From: Eledone cirrhosa
Lineage: Eukaryota
NCBI GenBank assembly: GCA_964016885.1
Contig: OZ024740.1
Coordinates: 264,926,001-264,990,000 of the forward strand
DNA: 64,000 nucleotides
Reading direction: 5' to 3'
The notes beneath the pieces are model-generated. The model saw only the letters and a program-made list of their open reading frames with translations, was not told where the DNA came from and did not search any database. The position numbers were made by a program, and so were the translations under genes. This document shows positions 53,390 to 64,000 of the stretch, in pieces (within the stretch, counting starts at the first letter, position 1; the number at the start of each line of letters is the position of its first letter).

Positions 53390-56300
53390 GTGTACGATCT
53401 GCAGTCAAAAAATGTTTTTCTTGTCGACACTGGCGCGTTACTAAGTATTTGGCCAGTCAGTTATCTTAAAAAAAACCCATCTGAATCAAATATCAATTTA
53501 CGAGCAATCAACAACACGGCCATTCGAACGTACGGGCAAATTTCGCTTCCTCTTCGGTTTAAAAGTTTGCGTCGTGAATTGAAGTGGAAGTTTACTATCG
53601 CCGACTTGCCATACGCCATTTTGGGAGCGGATTTCCTCCACCATTTTTCCTTGTCGATTGACATCCGCAGACAACGACTTTTTGATGCTAATACAGGCCT
53701 ATCGTTCGAGGGTTCAAAGCCGGAGATCGCCACAGTAAGCCCTGTTTTTTTCTTGGCTGAAGTGGGCAACCAGTATCACAGTTTGTTAAAATCATTCCCA
53801 CAGCTGACGCAAGGAAGATTACGAATTGTTAGTCTGGATCATGTGATTGAACACTTTATATCCCCTACAGGTCCACCCGTTTTCTCACGTCCTCGAAGAT
53901 TATCTGCAGAGAAATTGAAAGCTGCACGTCTTGAATTCGACCACATGCTGGAATTATGAATAATTCGGCGTTCCACAACTCCTTGGGCATCGCCTCTGCA
54001 TATGGTACTTAAATCTTCTGGTGATTGGAGACCGACGGGTGACTACCGACGCTTAAACGCGATTACTGTTCCTGACCGTTATCCAATCCCGCATTTACAG
54101 GATTTTGCATCGTCATTGCAGGGTTGCAGAATCTTTTCTAAGCTTGATTTGATCCGCGTTTATAATCAAATTCCGGTTAAAAAGGAGGATATTCCAAAGA
54201 CTGCTATTGCCACTCCTTTCGGATCATTCGAGTTCCTCACTATGCCTTTCGGACTTAGAAATGCTGCAAGTACTTTCCAACGATTCATGGATGATGTCAC
54301 TCGTGGTCTTGATTTTGTTTACACGTATATCGATGATGTACTGATTGCTAGTTCTTCTCCTGAACAACATTCCAAACATTTGAATATCTTATTTCGGCGT
54401 TTACAGAAATATAATGTTCGTGTTAATGCCGCTAAGTGTGTTTTCGGCTCGACATCGCTAACATTTTTGGGCCATCTTATTGATGCTGATGGTATTCGGC
54501 CCCTTCCGGAAAAAGTTAAGGCAATTTTGGATTTGCCTCCGCCAAGTTCGCTTCGACAATTACGGAAATTCTTGGGCCTTGTGAATTTTTATAGGCGATT
54601 CGTGCCTAATTGTTCCAGCTTACTGTCCTCGTTGACAGAAATTTTTAAAAACTGTCGACAGAAGAATATGAATATTTCATTAAATGCAACGCACCTGGCG
54701 GATTTTGAGAAAGTCAAGAAAGCGTTAGCGACTGCATCTTTGCTCTCCCACCCCATGCCCAACGCCGAGCTGTCGCTCTGTGTTGATGCTTCGGATAGCG
54801 CCGTGGGCGCAGTCTTACAGCAGAAGTGTGAGGGGTTACAGCAACCACTCGAGTTCTTTTCGAGAAAGTTAAAGCCTGCCGAAACTCGCTATAGCACCTT
54901 TGGCAGGGAGCTATTAGCAATTTATTTATCAGTGAAACATTTTGCTCATGTACTTGAAGGTAGAATGTTTACTATTTTCACTGATCATAAACCTTTGACG
55001 TTTGCTCTTCGATCTAAAGCAGACAAATACTCGCCCAGAGAAACGAGACATCTGGACTTCATCTCACAGTTCACGAACGACATTCAACATATTCCGGCTT
55101 CTTTGAATACAGCGGCCGATGCGCTGTCTCGCCTGCCGATCGCATCGATTTCGTCTTCCGAGGAGATAGATTTACATCGAATGGCAGCTGCTCAACCCAC
55201 TCTCGAATCGTTGGATGTTACATCGCCAGAGTTTGTACATTGCAAACTGAAATACATTCCGATCTCAACGGCTGACGGACAAATACTGTGTGATGTTTCG
55301 TTGGACTCACGACGACCTCTAGTCCCAGTGGAACATCGACGAACTGTGTTTCTTGCTTTACATGGCATTTATCACCCTGGAGTATCAGCCTCAGTAAAAC
55401 TCATAACAGCCAGATTTTTCTGGCCTGATATGAGACGTGACATTGCTGCTTGGTGCCGTTCCTGTGTCGCTTGCCAAAAGTCAAAAGTTTATAAGCACGT
55501 TAAAACTCCTCTCGGAACTTTCACGTGTCCTGATGCCAGATTTCGTCACATTCATGTGGACATCGTCGGCCCGTGGCCGATTAGTCGTGGTTATTCGTAT
55601 ATTTTGACGATCGTTGACCGTTTTTCGCGTTAGCCTGAAGCCATCCCTATGACAGATACCACTGCTGAAACGACAGCGCGTACTCTCGTATCTGCATGGA
55701 TCGCTCGTTTTGGAGTACCGCGGTCGTCAATTTGAATCGAACCTCTTCCGTGAATTAACACAAATTATTGGCGCCACTCGCATAAGAACCACGGCATATC
55801 ATCCAGCATCAAACGGAATGGTGGAAAGATTCCACAGGCAACTCAAAGCCTCCTTAAGGGCTTCCATGGACTCTTCACGTTGGAGCGAGTACCTACCTAT
55901 TGTGTTGTTGGGTATTCGGTCGACGGTAAGGGTGGACCTTGGGTTCTCCTCTGCCGAATTAGTTTATGGTACTCCTCTGGCGTTACCGGGGCAAATGCTG
56001 GCCCCTTTTGACCTGACTTCGTAGGACCCTGCTTCCTACGTATCCCGGCTTCACTCTTATTTCAAGGATCTACTACCGATGGGCACTAGGAAGCAGACTG
56101 TAAAAACTGCCGTCCCAAGGGATATTTCCTTGTGGACACATGTGTTCGTTAGAGACGACGCCGTACGACCCCCTCTTCGACGGCCGTACTCTGGACCCTA
56201 TCGTGTGCTTGCTCGCACAGACAAACATTTCACACTGGACATTCGGGGTTCCAGGGAAACGGTTTCCGTTGATCGTCTCAAACGAGCAAACCTGGACAAT
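53390..56300 (+). pseudogene. pol: Pol (protease, RT, RNase H, integrase) with stops at 53957, 55631 and 56022 and a frameshift
   Basis: FLVDTGA, DYRRLN, YIDD, VDASD, FTDHKPL, HPG..CVAC, HVDIVGP, NGMVERFHR, GPY. Confidence 0.93.
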
Positions 56301-56846
56301 GACGCAATGACACTTGAAACTCAAATGCCCCCTTCTTTTTCTTTGCCTCATACGCTTATTTCTTCTTCCCCCCCCCACCCCACCCACCATCAACATACAG
56401 AACTACGACCCGTTCTGGGCGAAGGGTGCATTGGCCTCGTAAGCTATGCAGTAATATAAACTGAATTGTATTCTTTTCTTCTTCCAATTGTTTTTGCTGT
56501 ATATTTCATTGTGTTGCTTTTTGATTCTTGACTGCCTACGGCAGTGTCAATATATGTTATTTTTCGTAACATTACGACTGTTGTCAATTCTGACACTGTC
56601 CATCTTTTTTAGTGCATTTTTATAGCTATGCTACATGTGGCATTTTCAGTGCCTAGCAAAAAAATTTATTTGTGTTTATCGCATTTGGGGCCCCTTTATT
56701 GCGAAGAGTGTTACCTTTTCATGCATTTTGCATCTTTTGCTGTACATTTTTTTTTTTACTGTGTTAATGCTTGCAGATATGAACCTTTTTCTTGCTGATT
56801 TAATAATCTGTATCGACTTCCGTCTAGAAGCGGGGGGGGGGGGTAT

Positions 56847-57247
56847 TGTAGTGACCTACATTCCGCGGTCTCTCATACATTCTCTGTGCGTGATTTGGCT
56901 CAGCTCAGCCAATCAGCGCCAGCAGAAGAGGATGTATCCCTACGCGTCCTGAGAGAGAAATTACCCGCGAAGATTTGAAGAATCTCTCTCTGTTGCACCT
57001 GGGACTTCGAACCAGCAACACGTACATGTGACGGTGAGATTTTGCACCTTAACCTGCCGACTTTCCGGCGCAATGACACATTCCCTTTTGTAACCTCATT
57101 TTTATGTGTAACTTCAACCATACAAGTTAACCAACATTATTTGTGCTACAACAAAAATAAACATACATTTCATCTCTAATTTCTGCTGTTGACATCATTA
57201 TTATGTTACTCGTGTCTCAATAACATTTAATTTACCATGCTGCTAAA
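56847..57247 (+). repeat. 3' LTR
   Basis: Direct repeat of 51780-52180, following the G-rich PPT. Confidence 0.95.
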
Positions 57248-60200
57248 AACTCAAAAACACCCCATGTGTAACTTCAGGGTGGGTCCACAATACAATTGAT
57301 CACTGTGGGCAGAAGGGCACACTGCTTCGTCGGCGGCGAAGTGGCTCATATGCGAGCCTTTTGCACTCGGCTAAAAAATGCAGGAGGCTGCAAGTCTCCG
57401 TAGCTTCAAACTGCAATGCTGGGACCGAAAGCTCCACTAATACATACACCGGCATCACCACCAACATCAACAACACTAGTTGTACCACCCCCACTATCGA
57501 CATCACCAAAACCAACCCAGCGGGAAAACGAGGAAAGCTCTCCCATTCCTCCTCTCCACAAAAAATACACTCATTGAAACAAACACAAAAACACAGACAC
57601 CTCATCTTACAGACACAGTTACAGATACAGACACCTCATCTTCAGTAGTGAAGAAAGCAAAATAAAAAACGCAATAAAAAACAAAATTGAAATGACATGA
57701 AAAAGAAAAAGTAAAATGCAAACATTCCACGCATACAAACAACTGAAACCGCAGACGCCACGCTCTCAACATACACTCCCACAACAAAATAAATATAACC
57801 ACCACCACCTTCATAACCCCCACACACAAATAAACCCAACAATCAAATGAACAAATCAAAACACACCACTGGGTACTATCATGAATTACCAACTAACATT
57901 TCATGGCCATGATAGCACGACCGCAAGACAAAAGAAAGGAGGGAGGCTAATATTTAGCACGAGCACATTTCGCGTACCTGAAGACCTATCGATGGTAGGT
58001 ATACAAAGAGATTAGAAAGATCTTTCATCGGGACGTGGGAACTCCGAATATAAATTCCACGTCAAAACCTTTAAAGGGGTTCCCAAAAGAAACCACACCA
58101 ATCTTGGAAATCAAACCACCCGACATCCACAAAACACCGGGATGTAAATAAACCTTTCCACTTCTCTTTTAGCCTGCCAACATGACCATCCTAAGAGTAG
58201 GATGTTTAAATGTCCGTGACCTGGATTCAGTGTGGAAGCAGGGTCACCTGCTAAACTTCCTCAGGTCATTAAATATGGATGTGATTGCCGTCAGCGGTCA
58301 GATCTTCGCATCTCTTAGTCGGTCGTGAATGGGAGTTGGGGCAGCAGTGCTGTTTAATGAAGGCCTGGATCTCGTCGTAATTTGATTGCCCTGGGCGTAT
58401 TCAGTAGTGATGGTGGTGCCTTTAGACGAACGGTCGGAAGCATTTTCTGGGAACGTCACACGTTTTACTCTTAGCGGTGGACTGGAACGGCATCTGAGAC
58501 GCACGCTGGTATTATGTTAGAATAACTGATAGGAACGGGGGCGCAAAAGCTTCAAGTACCTGATCAGCCAATTCCAATTGTCTGACAGGTTCCAGACTAG
58601 ATTCCCCTAATGCGTCAGAGTGGACCTGGAGCACCCATGTAGGGTCATTTAGATCGTATGTAGACAGGTTTTTCATTAGGTGAATATATAAAATTAGTAA
58701 AGTTTGTCCACACTTTCAAACGGTCGCCTATTCAGATAACAAGTCTGTGATCTGTATGGTCGACCTGGATGAGAGAGGGAGGTTTGGAACTGTTTTTTAG
58801 AAGCTGAACATGTCGTCTCCGGCTGGTACATGTCGTTGTCGGCGTCAACAATTTAGTTAAAGCAAACGTTGAGAGTGGGATCGTAAACAACAGGTGGTAG
58901 GGACCTCTCGAAAGAGAAATTAGAGTAATTTCGATAGGTTTTAGGAAAGAAGTCGCGTTAGAGAAAAGTAGAAAAAGATGAGGAGCTGGTAGATAAGTTA
59001 GACTAGGTTATTTGTAGTGGCATTGCAACTGACGTGCAGGCGGCGAGGTTGGCATTAGGCCATTGCTTCAATACGAAACATAAAGATTACATTGTCAGTC
59101 GCGTGCACTAAGAAACAAGAGAATCAAATGTGTTCGATGAGCCGGTGTGGCACAGCTGCACAGTGGAGGATGTCCTCAATGCACAGCGGCATTTGCTCGG
59201 TGGTCAGATTTAATACCCATCTTTCGTAACCATTTCAGATCGCCCGATCGTTTGGTCAAGGGGACCCTGTCTTTCTCCTACCGTACGTATTGACTCTCAA
59301 GCCCTTACTGCTGAACCTGGAGGTGTTGTAGGGCATCCCGCTCGAACTGGGTAGAGGAAAATTTGTTTTAGAATATCCGGACGACATCACCGCGATGGTG
59401 TCGAACACCTCGGAAATCAAGTTTGTCGGCAATTTATTTGAGGAATATGAAAGGTTAACGGGAGCAAAACTGAACCCGGAAACGTCGGTGGGCTTGCAGC
59501 TTGGCACCTGGAGAGGCACGTTCATGCCATTCAACAGCGTCGTAGGGCGTTGGATGGACGGACCGGAAACATTGCTCGGGGTTTGGTTCGGACTAAAACT
59601 CCAGATGGATAAGAATTAGAACAAGGTTATGAGTAGGGGTTAACCACTCTCTCCCAGAAATAGGCCGAGAAGAAGCTCTCCCTGAAAGGTCAGGTGGACG
59701 TGACGAACGCATACATCTCGTCCGTTATCTACTGCCGCTTGACTGTCATGCAATTCCCCCGTTTACGCCTCGCCAAATTGGAACGGCTCCTCTTCAAATA
59801 CTTGTTGAGAGGACACGTTCCGTTGATGAGACGGTTCAAATGCTGCCAGTACCTTTTACATGGAGGGCTGGACATGCTCTGGCAAATGATACACAAACAT
59901 GCTCTGAGGCTGGGGCATCTCCAGATATTCTGCCTAAATGGTGAACAGGTGTGTTCGCCGTTTGGTCTATTTCACTAAGCTGCAGTCCTAGGTCAAAAAG
60001 AGACGGAGACTGGACGCCTGGCATCTGGAACGTTGCCATGCGCTCACTGTCCTCTACCTGGCGGAGAATTCGGTCAGTGAAACTTCCACTCTTGAGTTCT
60101 ATAGGGGATTAGTAGTGAGCAAGTGTGACGACGCACTTGGGAGTCTCTGGGCGTGAACGAAGATGAATTGACCAGTCATTTCCGGAGGACTTTCGAACTG

Positions 60201-61454
60201 CGGACAATGGATAACTTGGTAACACGGAAGTACTGTCCTGCCCGAGATGCGCACAGATGATAAAACCGTTCTACACGCACTCGACCAGTGTAGGTTCATT
60301 ACTGACTAGCGAAATTATGTCGAATAGCTGTTTTCGCGTGTAGAACGGATCCGGCTATGGACCGAGTACATAGTGAAGAACCCCCCGCCATCTTCTTTTG
60401 GCTGGGATGGCCAGTTAGTTTTCGTCTGTCTGGTTGTTGTAGCGAAAGAGGTTTGGTGGACCAGGTTGAAAGAGGTGAAGTGGACCAGGCATATGGGCTG
60501 AAGACAGACACATTTCTCTTCGGCCAATCCCTCATCGACTTTTTCAAGTTTCACTTGGAAAGGAAAGTGAGGGTAGAGAGAGAAATGCTGCTCTCAAGTC
60601 CATTTGCTAATAGATGAATGGTTGTGGAGAGAATGGCTCGTGTAAATGGGTCTACTCTGAGATTGCGCCTGTAGGCTGGTTAATTTGAGGGGAAGAGGGT
60701 TGCCCTTCCCGGATGCCCTCGAAGCGTCGGGTGGTTCAAGATTGGTGGGGTACTAGAGCCGCCCCTGTGTGGTTTCCCCACCTATCGGGGAATATATATT
60801 TGTTATTTTTTGTATATATATATTTTTTTTTACATATTTTTATATATTTTTATTGTTAATTGTTTTTGTTATTGTATATTTTTACTTGAAATTCTTGTAA
60901 ACATCCACTGTCGCCGTCTATTGTATTGTACCCTACATGTCGGCCCTTGTGGCCAATAAATGAGACAATTATTATTATTATTGTTATAAAAAGGGGCAAA
61001 TATTCTGAGTCTTGTTATGCGTTCGTTTGCTGTTTGTTAGCAGGAGTGTCGCTTGTGGAAACTGGTGTTAAATTTTAAACAAAGCAATTTTGACTTCACT
61101 CACTTCAGTAACATTATTTTGTTTTCTAAAGACATTTGGGGCTGTTTTCCTTTGTTTTCTTATAATTTGCTTTTTTGTTTGTTTGTTTCGGGCATTTTTT
61201 ATCATGATATTCTCCATTATATATGTGTTTTGTTTTGTTTTTTTCTGTTCGTAATTCATTTCTTTGTATGAAATTATTTCTTTCCCCCTTAACACTTCCA
61301 CCATCACTCCCTTTTGTAAAGTACTATTTTCTTCTCTTTGCTATTCACGTCTCATTTGTTGTTACTTTGCCTTTATTATCCAATAACTAGCTATTGTTTT
61401 CAATTTGTATTTAAATCACTTTTATTATTGTATTTAGTTCACTATTATTTTCAT

Positions 61455-62620
61455 CAACCTCTAACAACCTCTAACACCAGCATCACTACCACCACTTCCA
61501 CTCCTACCACTATCACAACCATCACCATAACTAACACTACCACCATTACTACTGCCACCACCACCACTCCTACCACCATCACAACCGCCGCCACAATTAC
61601 CACCACCACAACCACTACTACTGTCATCACAACCACCACCACTACTACCGGTACCACCACCACCACTCCTACCGCCACCAAAACTAGTACCACCACTACC
61701 ACTACTACTATCACCACCATAACCACCACCACCACCATCCCGACCACCACCACAACTACTGTCAGTCACCATCGCCACCACTATCATCACTACTATCAAC
61801 AACACCAATACCTCCACCAGCAACACCTTTACCCCCACCAGCACCATCACTACCCCCACCACTGCCACCGCCACCGTCCACCATTACCTCACCCTCACTA
61901 ACAGCAACACCATCACTACCATCACCACCACATCTAGCACGCCACCACCACCACCACATCTACCATCAACAACACCACCACCATCACCACAAACATCAAC
62001 AGCAGCACCTCCACCACCACCTCCACCACCACCTCCACCACCATCACCACTACCACCACCATCACCACAAACATAAACAGCAGCACCTCCACCACCATCA
62101 CCACTACCACTACCATCACCACAACCACCATTACTACCATCAACACCTCCACCATCTCCACCATCGACACCACCACAATCCCCACCACCACCACCACCTC
62201 CACCACCATCACCACTACCACCACCATCACCACAACCACCATTACTACCACCAACACCTCCACCCTCCCCACCATCGACACCACCATAATCCCCACCTTC
62301 ACCAACATCGCCACTACCACCGCCACTACTACCACCATCACCACAACCACCATTACTACCTCCAACACCTCCACCATCGACACCACCAGAATCCCCACCA
62401 CCACCACCACCATCACCATCACCACTACCACCACCATCACCACAACCACCATTAATACCACCAACACCTCCACCATCTCCACCATCGACACCACCACAAT
62501 CCCCACCTCCACCACCTACACCACCACTACCATCACCACAACCACCTCCACTATCTCCAACACCTCCACTATCTCCACCATCGACACCACCACAACCCCC
62601 CCCCCCCCAACACCACCTCC
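61455..62620. repeat. (ACC)n-derived low-complexity minisatellite
   Basis: Recurring CCACCATCGACACCACC units within ACC/ACT/ATC triplets. Confidence 0.85.
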
Positions 62621-63773
62621 ATTGTTTATTACTCGTTTATTATTTCTGTTTCCACTGCTGTTGCTGTTGTGGTTGTAGTTTTTTGTTTTGTATTTAATAT
62701 TACATATCTTTTTAACTATCATATTTATTATTATATTTTTATATCATATTGTTATTATTATTTCATTATTATCATTATTTGTTTAATATTATTTTATTAT
62801 TATTTATTATGGTTTTATTATTATTCTTTCTGTTATCGTTATTTCTCGTCCTTTCAAACGATGTGTTTGTATATATTTTTTAATTTATCCTAAACATGTT
62901 TTTCTCTATTTAATACATTCCTTCTACCTCTTCTGTTTGTTTCTTAACTGTCTTCTTTTTTTCTTTCTATTTGGCTTTCTTTTCTTCTCTTTTCTTTTCT
63001 TTGCCGTCTTTTGTTTTCTTCTCCAACAACAATGATAATAACAAAAACAACTAAAAACAATAAAAACAGCAACACCAACAACAATGATAATAAATCATTA
63101 TGATGGTCTACTGTTTCCTTCTCTTTCTTCTGTTCCCCCTTCTCTCATCCATAGCCTACATTTCTTTTTCTCTTGTTTTCCAAGTCTCAAATATTATTGT
63201 GTAAATAATATTAATAATAATAGATAAATAATCTTTAAAATATCAGTATATAATAACAATGCATTGGTGATGATGGTGGTGGTGGTGGGGTTGTTTTGGT
63301 GGTGTTGGTGGTCGTCGTCGTTGTCGAAGCGACGGTCGTTGTACTGCTGGTGCTGGTGTTGATGCCGATGGTGGTGTTGGTGTTGGTACTGGTGTTGTGG
63401 CCGATGGGGGTGTTGATGGTGCTGGTGCAAGTGTTGGTGATGGTAGTGGTGGCATCATTAATAATAATAACAATAACAACAACAACAGCAAAAGTAATAA
63501 TCATATAAATAACATTAAAAAATGACAATGTCAGGTAAATGAAACACTGTAAATAAAATAAGGCACAACTGAGATCTCGTAAAATGCTAACCACCATGAC
63601 GCGGTAATCACGTTTGCTAACAATTGCCAAGTAATGATAACAAACAGATTAGCTGCCAATCGGCGATATTTGTGGATATCAATACAAATTCCTGACCCTA
63701 ACTTAACCTCTTTAACTCTCTTTACTCACCACCACGCCCCACTATTTCTGTCTCTTCATCGCTAGCCATCTTA

Positions 63774-63879
<106 letters not shown>

Positions 63880-63894
63880 TATATATATATCTTA

Positions 63895-63933
<39 letters not shown>

Positions 63934-64000
63934 ATATATATATGTATATATATATATATGTGTGTGTCTGTGTATGTGTGTATGTATATATATATATATA

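Larger units (their letters stand above)
51780..57247 (+). mobile_element. Full-length Ty3/Gypsy LTR retrotransposon, CsRN1-like
   Basis: Two 401-bp LTRs, AACT TSD (51776-51779, 57248-57251), PBS TGGTGACC at 52182, PPT 56826-56843, gag-PR-RT-RH-IN order. Confidence 0.96.
51367..60982 (+). mobile_element. Heavily decayed, near full-length L1/Tx1 LINE interrupted by the Gypsy provirus; 5' boundary uncertain
   Basis: HCGQKGH knuckle remnant ~57300; APE-like start MTILRVGCLNVR at 58182; RT C-terminal region homologous to 5531-7157 (GAKLNPETSVGLQLGTWRG); 3' CTTGTGGCCAATAAA plus (ATT)n. Confidence 0.75.

Noticed and set aside
61338-62722. Thr-rich mucin-like or Val/Gly-rich ORFs
   Set aside because: ACC-triplet low complexity, open in several frames on both strands; no splice or domain support.

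Overview
Repeat-saturated, AT-rich eukaryotic (animal) genomic DNA with no confidently identifiable host gene. The SINE families and dense (TA)n/(CA)n/(CATA)n/(GATA)n microsatellites suggest a cephalopod such as Octopus; this is inference only. Most listed ORFs are microsatellite artefacts. The window is a layered set of transposons: a full-length decayed CsRN1-type Ty3/Gypsy provirus (401-bp LTRs, 4-bp TSD) nested in a decayed L1/Tx1 LINE; a decayed autonomous Helitron and several non-autonomous relatives; two Penelope-like elements (Neptune-like and Naiad-like); R4-, RTE- and CRE-like fragments; a piggyBac-type MITE; and about 20 tRNA-derived SINE copies. The most interesting signals are (i) several unrelated non-coding units carrying minimal hammerhead ribozyme motifs, including a 406-bp near-perfect palindrome with one on each strand, (ii) LINE 3' ends stacked inside (GATA)n and (CATA)n arrays, suggesting microsatellite targeting, and (iii) SINEs found repeatedly at one site of a Helitron family whose 3' terminus is fully palindromic. 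All calls were made by eye and family assignments come from recalled motifs, not database searches.
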